From assembly GCA_963825055.1 (NCBI GenBank), contig CAWGSK010000009.1, positions 64,001-128,000 on the forward strand: DNA of 64,000 nucleotides. Reading direction: 5' to 3'. The stretch is from an uncultured Gemmatimonadales bacterium (GTDB lineage: Bacteria > Gemmatimonadota > Gemmatimonadetes > Gemmatimonadales > GWC2-71-9). Below the pieces are notes generated by a model. It was not told the DNA's origin, ran no database searches, and saw only the letters and a list, made by a program, of their open reading frames with translations. Both the position numbers and the translations under genes were made by a program. Each line of letters starts with the position of its first letter. Position 1 is the first letter of the stretch. This document shows positions 55,853 to 64,000 of this stretch, piece by piece.

Positions 55853-58009
55853 GTGTTGAACCGACTGCGTATCCCGCTCACGGCCACGGCACTCGCCGCG
55901 GGGTGCCTGGTACCCATGACGGCCCGCGCCCAGGAGCAGGGCACCGATACCACCCGCGTCGTGCAACTCGACCCCGTCACCGTAACCGCCACCCGCACCC
56001 CGAAGAAGCTGTTCAACGCCCCCGCCCCTGTTTCCGTCCTCGACACCGCTGAAGTCCGCCGTCAGCAGCCGAACACCGCGGCCGACATGTTCCGCCAGGT
56101 ACCGGGGCTCGACATCACGGGCGTCGGAACCAACCAGACCCGGCCGGCCATCCGTGGCCAGCGCGGCCAGCGGATTCTGCTCCTCGAGGACGGGCTCCGG
56201 CTCAACAATTCCCGGCGGCAGCAGGACTTCGGGGAGCTGCCGGCCCTCGTGGACGTCTCTGGTCTTGACCGGGTCGAAATCGTCAGGGGCCCCGCATCGG
56301 TGCTCTACGGCACCGATGCCATCGGCGGCGTCGTCAACCTGATCACCGCCGGCCTCCCGGGGCGGGAGGCGCCCCCGCTCAGGGGCGGCATCTCCTACCG
56401 GTACAGCACCGACGACCGCCAGCAGCACCCCGCAGGGGAGCTCGTGGGCCGCTTCGGCCGCTGGTCGTTCCGTGGAGGCGCCTCCTACCGGGAGACCGGT
56501 TCATATGACGCGCCGGCCGGGACGTTCGGCAACGTGACATTCGATGAGAAGACCCGCGTGCATGACACGGGCGTCCAGGACGAGTCATACCGCGCGATGC
56601 TCGGCTTCGATCTGGCCCCGAACCAGCAGGTGTTCGCGCGCGGCGAGTGGTACACCGCGCACGATGCCGGCTTCGGCTATGTCGACCCGGGCCCCAACGA
56701 GCCGTTCATCCAGCTCCGCTACCCCAACCAGGACGTCCAGCGCTACTCCATCGGGTACCACGGCACCGGCCTCGGCACCGGGCTTGCCGACCGGATCGAG
56801 GTCACGACATACACCCAGGACAACAAGCGGACCTTCACCCAGAATATCTTCATACCCTTCGGGCCCCCTGGCGCGGGCCTGGCGTACGACGCCCACAATT
56901 TCACCGACCTCTCCACATGGGGCGGACGCGCCGAGGCCACCAAGGCGATCGGCGGCACGACGCTCCTGACCTGGGGCTTCGATTTCTTCCGCGACCGCTC
57001 TGACAACACCGACTCCAGCACACAGACCGTGGTCGGGTTCGGGCCGCCGCAGTCCTCCACCAGCACCACACCGCAGGTGCCGAATGCCACGTACCTGAGC
57101 GGTGGTGGCTTCGCGCAGGCCGACATCGGCCTGACCAGCCGCCTGTCGGTGGTGCTCGGCGCGCGGCTCCAGTCCGTGCACACGGAAACCCGTGCCACGC
57201 CGGGCCTGCCGGATTCATCGTTCTCCAGCACCGACCGCACCGTGGTCGGCGCGGCCAACGTCCTGTACGGCCTGACCGGGAACCTGAACCTCGTCGGGGC
57301 CGTTGGCCGCGGCTTCCGTTCACCCAACATCATCGAGCGGTACTTCAACGGGCCCACCCCCGAAGGCAACGGCTTCCAGGTCCGGAACCCCGACCTCAAG
57401 CCCGAAACGAGCGTCAACGTCGACCTCGGCCTCAAGTTCCGGCGGGGCAATGTCTATCTCGAAGGGTTCGTCTTCCGCAACGAGATCCATGACGGCGTCC
57501 GTATCGAGGCCACCGGCGACAGCGTAGGCCCCTTTCCAGCCTTCCAGAATGTCAACGTTGACCGGCTCCGGTTCACCGGCGCGGAGGTGTATGGGGAGTT
57601 CGCCTTCCTGAACGGCTTCGCGCTGAGCACGAACTTCTCCCACATTCGCTCGAAGGACGTGAAGAACCCGGGGAATCCGGTGGGCGACACCTACGCGGAC
57701 CGGCTGGGGGGGGAGTTGCGCTACCGGGATCCCGATGGCCGCTTCTGGCTGGGCGGCGCCGTGCGGCACAACTGGGAGCAGAAGGAAATCGTCCTCGGGA
57801 CCAGTCCCGTGGGCCCGGTCCTGCCGGCGTTCACGGTGCTGTCGGCCCGCGCCGGTGGCCGGCTCTTCAACGTGGGGGGCGTATCGAACAACCTGACCGT
57901 GGCGGTGGAAAACCTGACCAACGAACTCTACGCCGAGTCCGCCAATGCCAGCTTCTTCCGGCCGGAGCCGGGTCGCCGGCTGATCGTGGGCCTCACGTCA
58001 ACCTTCTGA
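55853..58009 (+). CDS. TonB-dependent receptor
   Basis: Signal peptide, VTVTATR TonB box, RVEIVRGPASVLYG..AIGGVVN plug motif, FRSP and NPDLKPE, and C-terminal Phe. Confidence 0.95.
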   Translation: MLNRLRIPLTATALAAGCLVPMTARAQEQGTDTTRVVQLDPVTVTATRTPKKLFNAPAPVSVLDTAEVRRQQPNTAADMFRQVPGLDITGVGTNQTRPAIRGQRGQRILLLEDGLRLNNSRRQQDFGELPALVDVSGLDRVEIVRGPASVLYGTDAIGGVVNLITAGLPGREAPPLRGGISYRYSTDDRQQHPAGELVGRFGRWSFRGGASYRETGSYDAPAGTFGNVTFDEKTRVHDTGVQDESYRAMLGFDLAPNQQVFARGEWYTAHDAGFGYVDPGPNEPFIQLRYPNQDVQRYSIGYHGTGLGTGLADRIEVTTYTQDNKRTFTQNIFIPFGPPGAGLAYDAHNFTDLSTWGGRAEATKAIGGTTLLTWGFDFFRDRSDNTDSSTQTVVGFGPPQSSTSTTPQVPNATYLSGGGFAQADIGLTSRLSVVLGARLQSVHTETRATPGLPDSSFSSTDRTVVGAANVLYGLTGNLNLVGAVGRGFRSPNIIERYFNGPTPEGNGFQVRNPDLKPETSVNVDLGLKFRRGNVYLEGFVFRNEIHDGVRIEATGDSVGPFPAFQNVNVDRLRFTGAEVYGEFAFLNGFALSTNFSHIRSKDVKNPGNPVGDTYADRLGGELRYRDPDGRFWLGGAVRHNWEQKEIVLGTSPVGPVLPAFTVLSARAGGRLFNVGGVSNNLTVAVENLTNELYAESANASFFRPEPGRRLIVGLTSTF

Positions 58010-58016
58010 GTCGCCC

Positions 58017-58742
58017 ATGCGCTCCTTCGTCTCGTTCATTCCTCTCGCCACCACGGCGTTTGCCCTCTGGTTCGCGGTCGTGCTCTTCCGCCGGTACGCG
58101 GAAACCGGGCACCGGCCCCACCTGCTCTGGTGGGGCATCGGCGCGGCGCTCTACGCGGCGGGCACGATTACCGAATCGGCCACCACCCTTTTCGGCTGGC
58201 ACGAGCCGATCTTCCGCGCGTGGTACATCAGCGGCGCGCTGCTCGGGGGCGCGCCGCTCGCGCAGGGCACGGTCTACCTGCTCATGCCCCGCCGCGTGGC
58301 CGACCGCCTGACCGCCGTCCTCGTCACGGTGGTGGCGATCGCGGCGACCTGCGTCCTCCTCACACCCCTGCACTACGAACTGGTGGAGCCCTACCGGCTC
58401 TCGGGGAAGGTGATCGCCTGGACCTGGGTCCGGTTCTTCAGCCCGTTCATCAACCTCTACGCCGCCAGCTTCCTCATCGGGGGCGCGGCATACTCCGCCT
58501 GGCGCTACCGACGCTATCCGGAGACCCGCCACCGTATGATCGGCAACATCCTGATCGCGGTCGGGGCCCTCCTCCCCGGCATCGGGGGCACCTTCACCCG
58601 CTTCGGGCATACCGAGGTGCTGTACGTGACCGAGTTCATCGGAATCGTGCTGATCTACTTCGGCTACCGGTTCAACGTCATGCCGGTTGGCATCCGGTCC
58701 ACCCTCTCCCCGGCCGCCAGGCCGGCAGCCCACCCGGGGTGA
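58017..58742 (+). CDS. Uncharacterised 7TM membrane protein
   Basis: Seven hydrophobic segments; starts 7 nt after the receptor stop. Confidence 0.85.
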   Translation: MRSFVSFIPLATTAFALWFAVVLFRRYAETGHRPHLLWWGIGAALYAAGTITESATTLFGWHEPIFRAWYISGALLGGAPLAQGTVYLLMPRRVADRLTAVLVTVVAIAATCVLLTPLHYELVEPYRLSGKVIAWTWVRFFSPFINLYAASFLIGGAAYSAWRYRRYPETRHRMIGNILIAVGALLPGIGGTFTRFGHTEVLYVTEFIGIVLIYFGYRFNVMPVGIRSTLSPAARPAAHPG

Positions 58743-58786
58743 CCTGAGTCACGCGCCGGGGGCCCCGGCCCGGCTATGTTTCCACC

Positions 58787-59950
58787 ATGCCTGACGACCG
58801 CCAGCAGGACCCGGGAACGAACCCGGCCGCGCCCTCCCCCCAGGGGGGGCGGCGGCGCGTCCGGCACTTGGACGACGCGGTGCTCGACCAGCTTCTGGAG
58901 ACGGAGCCGGAGCAGGCGCTGGTGGGTGATGTCACGCTGCACGTGACCGAGTGCGGGGCATGCCGGACCACGCTGGAGGAGTGGACCACGCTCTTTCCGC
59001 AACTGGACGTCGTCCTGCCCCGGATCCCGCGGGCCCAGGCCGGGGCAGGCCTGCATCCACCCGCTCCCAGAGTCGTCATCCCCGACAACGAGCCGCCCCG
59101 CCGGCCGCGCCAGACCCACCGGCTGGCCTGGGGCATGGTCGTGGTGCTGCTGGCCGCGGTCGTCGTGCTGGCCTGGCAGCTGTTCCTGCGGCCCGAACCA
59201 GCCCCGAAAACAGCCGTGGCGGTCACGCCTGTCGCGCCCACACCCATTGCAGCCACCGTCCCGCCACCAGCCGATTCCTCTTCGGATTCTGCCCTGGGCA
59301 CCGTGATCCTGACGAGCCCGGCCGTAGTGGTGAATACTGCGGCGGCGCCGACGGACACCGCCGGCCCGCAGGCCTCGCCCGGCCGTGAGGATGGCCTCGC
59401 GGCGGGGGTCACCGAGGCCCGCGAACCCCGCCCCACGCCCCCACGCGCTGCCCCGGTCAAGCCCGAACCGGAACCGGAGGCACCCCCGGCGCGGCAGCCC
59501 GCCTCGTTTCCGCGGAAGGCGCCGGTCGAAACCCGGCCCGTGCAGAGCGGCGCGCGCGAGTCATCGCCCACGGACATGGCGAACCTGGCACCCACCTTCC
59601 GGCGGATCGAGCTCGGCGATGGCATCGAGGCCCTCGGCGGCACCATCCGCACCCTGTCGGGCCTGACGCCGGAAGAGGTCTACATCGCGCCCGGACGGAT
59701 CGTCCCGGGCGCCCGGGAGGACAGGCCGCTGGTGCGCCTGGCCTATCGGACGTCCTCGGGCGACCGGCTCATCCTCGACCAGCAGCGCCTTGACGCGTCG
59801 TCCGACTCCCCGGAGGCGTCAATTGCCGTGAGCACGTCGGCGAGCGGCGTTACCGTAGCGCAGTGGATCGATCGGGAGGGCTTCTCGATTTCCCTCGCCG
59901 GCCACATGGACCAGGACGAGCTGCTCAGGTACGCAAACCAGCTTCAGTAG
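58787..59950 (+). CDS. zf-HC2 (ZAS) anti-sigma-like membrane protein
   Basis: RHL...HVTECGAC (HxxxCxxC), one TM helix, a Pro-rich linker and a C-terminal extracytoplasmic domain. Confidence 0.65.
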   Translation: MPDDRQQDPGTNPAAPSPQGGRRRVRHLDDAVLDQLLETEPEQALVGDVTLHVTECGACRTTLEEWTTLFPQLDVVLPRIPRAQAGAGLHPPAPRVVIPDNEPPRRPRQTHRLAWGMVVVLLAAVVVLAWQLFLRPEPAPKTAVAVTPVAPTPIAATVPPPADSSSDSALGTVILTSPAVVVNTAAAPTDTAGPQASPGREDGLAAGVTEAREPRPTPPRAAPVKPEPEPEAPPARQPASFPRKAPVETRPVQSGARESSPTDMANLAPTFRRIELGDGIEALGGTIRTLSGLTPEEVYIAPGRIVPGAREDRPLVRLAYRTSSGDRLILDQQRLDASSDSPEASIAVSTSASGVTVAQWIDREGFSISLAGHMDQDELLRYANQLQ

Positions 59951-61388
59951 GCGCCGGCTCCCGTCCCATCCCCTCCCACATCCGCTCCACCAGCCAGCGC
60001 GCCTCCCGCTTGTCTCGGATAGCGCCACCGGCCTTCACCTTTCCGCCGCCGACGAAGTGCACCTCGATATCGTAGTAGGGCGTCGATCCACTCTGCATCC
60101 CGATGGAAAGTGTGATGTCCGCGACGTCGGCTGGCCGGAACTCGCGCGTCCGGCCGAGGCCCAGGATCGTGTTCCGGATACGCAGGTGATCAGGCCCGGC
60201 CACGATGGTGACCCGCTGGAACCAGAGCGTGAGCAGGCCCAGGAACAGCAGCACGTCGAAGAAGCCGAAGACGATCACGAAGAGAAGGCCCGCGTCCGCC
60301 CGGGCGAGGAACCAGGTGACGCCGCTCCAGATGAGGAAGAAGAACGTGAGGAAGATGCCCGGCCCGGGGTTCCGTGCCGGCGGGAAGACGATCTTCGTGC
60401 CCCGGCGGTTGCTGCTGACGAGAATCGGGGAGGACGGGTCGTGCCGGGCTTCCGGCTCGGCATCCACGGCCGGCGCCTCATCCACCACACGCGCGCCGGC
60501 CACCGGGAACACGGGCACCTCGAAGCTGCTGGCGTAGTCCACGCCGGGGACTTCCGCCGAGACTGCCAGGCGCCAGACCACCCGGTTGGACATGTCGGAG
60601 TCGTCCGAGGAGAGCGCGTCGCGTGGGATGGTGAAGGCGATGGGAAGGCTGGCACCGGCCCAGTCGATCCGGTGCTCGACGGTGCGCACCGTCCGCTCTT
60701 CCTGCCAGAGAACCTTCTCGGTTGTCTTTCGATCGTCGCCACTCCCCCTCACCTCGATACGCAGGCATGACAGCGTGACGTGAAATCCCCCGGCGGGATC
60801 CATGTCAACTGGCGCGCGGAGCGTTGCCTCCAGCCGCCCCCCGATGGGAGCGGGGAGCGAGTCCAGCTCGAGGATGGAGGTCCCGTACCGGCGATAACGG
60901 AGGGCCGCATGGAGCGCCCATGCCGCGAGACCGACCCCGATGAGGGGGAAAAGGAGCAGCACCAGCGCCATCCACTCCCGCTGCGCCAGCAGTTCCGGCA
61001 GCAGCACCACGGCCACCGGCCAGCTCACCGCATTCCAGAAGAAGGCGAATGCGATCGCGGCGATCATTCCCCCGCGATTGGAGTCGGCCACGCGGCCGGC
61101 ACGCCAGTCCGGACGCCAGAGCCAGGGAGATTCCGGCGCTTCCTCACGTGCCGCCTCGAGCACCCGCAGCTGCTTCCCCGCTGCCCTGCCGACCAGAAGC
61201 ACGGCGGTCCCGGCACCCGCGAACACCACACCGAAGCCAAGCAGGCCCAGGCCACCCTCGAGCGATCCCCCGGCCAGCTGCACTGCGCCGCCGACCATCG
61301 CACCGACCCCGAACAGGATGAACGGCAGGGAGAACAGCATGAGGCAGCCCGCTCCCATGTTCTTCGAGCCCGTGACAGTGACGTTCAA
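59925..61388 (-). CDS. Hypothetical membrane protein
   Basis: Three pairs of TM helices with soluble domains; TTG start overlaps the sseA stop, with an alternative ATG slightly downstream. Confidence 0.75.
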   Translation of the reverse strand: MNVTVTGSKNMGAGCLMLFSLPFILFGVGAMVGGAVQLAGGSLEGGLGLLGFGVVFAGAGTAVLLVGRAAGKQLRVLEAAREEAPESPWLWRPDWRAGRVADSNRGGMIAAIAFAFFWNAVSWPVAVVLLPELLAQREWMALVLLLFPLIGVGLAAWALHAALRYRRYGTSILELDSLPAPIGGRLEATLRAPVDMDPAGGFHVTLSCLRIEVRGSGDDRKTTEKVLWQEERTVRTVEHRIDWAGASLPIAFTIPRDALSSDDSDMSNRVVWRLAVSAEVPGVDYASSFEVPVFPVAGARVVDEAPAVDAEPEARHDPSSPILVSSNRRGTKIVFPPARNPGPGIFLTFFFLIWSGVTWFLARADAGLLFVIVFGFFDVLLFLGLLTLWFQRVTIVAGPDHLRIRNTILGLGRTREFRPADVADITLSIGMQSGSTPYYDIEVHFVGGGKVKAGGAIRDKREARWLVERMWEGMGREPAPTEAGLRT

Positions 61389-62233
61389 GCCGCGGGTCCC
61401 GTCGCCACGGGCGTCTCGATGCGGGAGCCCCACTCGGTCCAGCTGCCGTCGTATACGGGATGTCCGGGGAATCCGGCCAGGTCCAGCGCCAGGGTGAGGG
61501 CGCACGCACTCACCCCGGAGCCGCACAGCGTGACCACCGGTTCGGCGGGGTCGAGGCCGGCCCCCTCAAAAAGGGCCCGCAGTTCCGCCGGCGGGCGAAG
61601 GGTCCCGTCATCGCGTACCAGTTCGGTATAGGGCAGGTTGCGACTGCCGGGGATGTGGCCGGAACGCACGCCGGAGCGCGGCTCGGGTGCGGCGCCCTCA
61701 AACCGCTCCCGGCTCCGCGCGTCGAGCACCTGCGCGCCCGGCGGCAGGGACCGCATGGCGGCCAGGTCGCGCACCATCGCGTCGTTCCGGCGTGCCTCGA
61801 ATGCCGCCGGTTGATGCCTGACCGGGCCGGATTCCAGCGGATACCCCAGGGCCTTCCAGCGTACCAGGCCCCCGTCGAGCACCCTGACCCGTGAATGCCC
61901 GAACACGCGGAACGTCCACCAGAGACGGGGCGCACTCAGGTTGACACCTGAGCCGTCATACACGACGATCTCATGACGGTTGCCGAGGCCGAGGGCTCCT
62001 GCGGTGCGCGCGAACGCTGAAGGGGCCGGCAGCATGTGCGGCAGGCCCGATGCGGGGTCGCTGACGGCATCGAGGTCCAGGAACACTGCCCCGGGGATGT
62101 GCCCGGCGAGGTACTCGGCATGCGCATTCCGTCCCGCTGAGGGGAGGTACCATGATCCATCGACGATGCGCAGCGCGTCGTCCTGGAGCCGGGCACGAAG
62201 TTCTTCGGCCCGGCAGAGTGGCGAGGGAAGCAT
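61385..62233 (-). CDS. sseA: 3-mercaptopyruvate sulfurtransferase
   Basis: GHIPGA, LPHMLP, CGSGVSA active loop and YDGSWTEW motifs. Confidence 0.93.
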   Translation of the reverse strand: MLPSPLCRAEELRARLQDDALRIVDGSWYLPSAGRNAHAEYLAGHIPGAVFLDLDAVSDPASGLPHMLPAPSAFARTAGALGLGNRHEIVVYDGSGVNLSAPRLWWTFRVFGHSRVRVLDGGLVRWKALGYPLESGPVRHQPAAFEARRNDAMVRDLAAMRSLPPGAQVLDARSRERFEGAAPEPRSGVRSGHIPGSRNLPYTELVRDDGTLRPPAELRALFEGAGLDPAEPVVTLCGSGVSACALTLALDLAGFPGHPVYDGSWTEWGSRIETPVATGPAA

Positions 62234-62292
62234 GGCCCCACTATCGAACCGGATGGTGGCCGGCGCAAGGGTGGCGGCGGATCCTGCCGGCG

Positions 62293-62913
62293 ATGCTTGC
62301 GGCCCTGGGGATGCTGCCGGCGATCATCGGTGGAACCCTCCATGCGCAGGAGGGGACGCTCGAAGCGGAGATCATGCGGGCAATGAACCGCGTCCGGCAG
62401 GACCCGCCAGCGTACGCCCGTGATCTCGAGGCGCTGCTGGCGCGCTTCGACGGCAAGGTGCTCCGGCGGGATGGCCGCCCCCGTCTGGAAACCACGGAGG
62501 GCCCTTCCGCGGTGCGGGAAGCCATCTCGGCGCTCCGCCACCTGTCGCCGCGACCTGCACTGCGTCCCGCCGGGGGGCTTGCACACGCAGCCCGGGACCA
62601 CGTCCGGGATCAGGGGCCCCGGGGTGGTGTCGGCCACACCGGCTCCGACGGAAGCACCACGGCCGGGCGGGTTTCGCGCTACGGAACATGGGAGGTGGTG
62701 GTGAGCGAGAACATCGCATACGGGCCGCTGACGGCACGCGAGGTCGTGATGCAGCTGGTGGTGGACGACGGGGTGCCCGGGCGGGGACACCGCCGGAATC
62801 TGCTCGACCCCGACGTCCGCGTGGCGGGAGTGGCGTGCGGCCCCCATGTCACGTGGGGGCAGGTGTGTGTGATCGACTACGCCGGCGGCTACACCACCTC
62901 CCCGGCGCGATAG
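62293..62913 (+). CDS. CAP (SCP) domain protein
   Basis: N.VR, H..D, GHTGSDG, ENIAYG and GHRRNLL motifs; the start is uncertain. Confidence 0.85.
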   Translation: MLAALGMLPAIIGGTLHAQEGTLEAEIMRAMNRVRQDPPAYARDLEALLARFDGKVLRRDGRPRLETTEGPSAVREAISALRHLSPRPALRPAGGLAHAARDHVRDQGPRGGVGHTGSDGSTTAGRVSRYGTWEVVVSENIAYGPLTAREVVMQLVVDDGVPGRGHRRNLLDPDVRVAGVACGPHVTWGQVCVIDYAGGYTTSPAR

Positions 62914-63659
62914 AGGTCCGCGGCGGCGATGAATGCGCGGAACAGTGCCCGCGTGTGTACGTCGGACGGCTCGAAGATTTCAGGGTGCCATTGTACCCCG
63001 ACCAGGAACTGCCCGCCGTCCAGCTCGACCGCCTCGATGAGCCCGTCGGGGGCCACTGCCGAAGGCGTCAGGAACGGGGCCAGGTTGCGGATGCCCTGAT
63101 GGTGCATGCTGTTCACCAGGGCGGTGTCCCGTCCCATGGCGTCCTGGAGCCGGGTGCCCGGCGTCAGCGCCACCTCGTGGGCGAGGTGGCCACGGTCGTA
63201 CCCCTGGGTCGGGAAGTAATCGTGCTTGATCGCTCCCGGGTATTCGGATTCCAGGTCCTGGTACAGGGTCCCGCCCAGTGCGACGTTGATGACCTGCACC
63301 CCGCGGCAGAGGCCGAGCAATGGTTTGTGGTCCTCGATGGCCCAGCGAGTCAGTTGCAGCTCCACCCGGTCACGCGCCGGGTCCACCCGCCCAAGGCTCG
63401 GGTGGGGGGGCTCGCCGTAGGTGTCTGGACTGAGGTCCACCCCGCCCGGGATCAGGATCCCGTCGAGCCGCTCGTAGATCTCCCGGAGCGTGGCCGAGTC
63501 CTTGTCCAGCAGCGGCACCATCCAGGGCACGGCCCCGACTTCCGCCGCCACGTGAAAATACCGCTGGTTCATGACCCAGGAGTCCGGCAGCCCCTCGGGG
63601 ATGCCGTCGATGGAATGCAGGGTCTGGGTGGTGAGTCCGATCACCGGTCGCTGCGTCAC
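62889..63659 (-). CDS. Gamma-glutamyl-gamma-aminobutyrate hydrolase family (peptidase C26, PuuD-like)
   Basis: PGGVD, LGLCRGVQ, VNSMHHQ and GVQWHPE motifs. Confidence 0.93.
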   Translation of the reverse strand: MTQRPVIGLTTQTLHSIDGIPEGLPDSWVMNQRYFHVAAEVGAVPWMVPLLDKDSATLREIYERLDGILIPGGVDLSPDTYGEPPHPSLGRVDPARDRVELQLTRWAIEDHKPLLGLCRGVQVINVALGGTLYQDLESEYPGAIKHDYFPTQGYDRGHLAHEVALTPGTRLQDAMGRDTALVNSMHHQGIRNLAPFLTPSAVAPDGLIEAVELDGGQFLVGVQWHPEIFEPSDVHTRALFRAFIAAADLYRAGEVV

Positions 63660-63696
63660 GCCTGCTCCTGTGCTGCTGGTTGAGTGCCCGGACCGG

Positions 63697-64000
63697 TCAG
63701 TCCAGGCCTTCGCCCGTCTCCCGTATCAACTGGTCCACTACTGCCGTAAGTTCCCCGGTCTTTTCGTACGTGGCCAGTTGCCGGTCGGCGCTGGACCCTT
63801 CATCCAGGATCCGGTACGCATACTCGATTTCCTTCCGGCTCCCCAGTTCGTCAGCCATGTCGCCGATGAACCACTCGATCAACTCCCGTATCAAATGCCG
63901 TGCCGGGAGCTCTTCCTGCTTCCCGAAGTCGATCAGCTTCCCGTCGAGGCCATATCGCACGGCCCGCCACTTGTTTTCCTCGATCAGGTCCGAGGGATAG
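63697..64000 (-). CDS. ybdK: Carboxylate-amine ligase / glutamate--cysteine ligase 2, C-terminal part (runs off window end)
   Basis: [23 protein letters not shown]...G.SADRQL C-terminal signature. Confidence 0.85.
   Translation of the reverse strand, partial: YPSDLIEENKWRAVRYGLDGKLIDFGKQEELPARHLIRELIEWFIGDMADELGSRKEIEYAYRILDEGSSADRQLATYEKTGELTAVVDQLIRETGEGLD

Noticed and set aside
1..64000. tRNA, rRNA, riboswitch, prophage, IS or defence system
   Set aside because: I saw no recognisable signatures by eye. A covariance-model search would be needed to exclude small RNAs.

Overview
This is a GC-rich, gene-dense bacterial chromosomal segment with about 54 plausible CDS. The gene set and intergenic repeat style suggest Gemmatimonadota (inference, not searched). 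I saw no rRNA, tRNA, CRISPR array, transposase, integrase or phage gene. Content in order: (1) a minus-strand run tamA-tamB-lipid kinase-GAF/PAS kinase-atypical NtrC-type regulator-Cys8 microprotein-NlpC/P60-HAD-hypothetical-acpS, then a cytochrome c (FTR1-type) gene with a Fur-like box; (2) peptide ABC binding protein and permease, dacB, sixA, ferredoxin-NADP reductase, PduO-type adenosyltransferase, aroB and a sigma70 paralog; (3) LON-N, glcDEF, HAD and ygfZ; (4) an AAA ATPase and a VWA gene separated by a three-gene antisense block that includes a DNA-repair radical SAM gene; (5) family-5 UDG, an orphan lasso-B2-like peptidase, M48, DUF305 plus LVIVD, SLC13, FKBP, ThrE, S41, esterase-PDZ and YceI; (6) a 7TM kinase/NarL regulator/TonB receptor/stand-alone 7TM protein module; (7) a ZAS anti-sigma-like protein, sseA, CAP, a PuuD-like gene and partial ybdK. 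The main unexplained structures are intergenic elements built from 7-9 bp tandem repeats, often as inverted arms, two of which bracket sixA as direct repeats, and the 7TM/TonB module. All product calls come from motif recognition by eye, without database searches.
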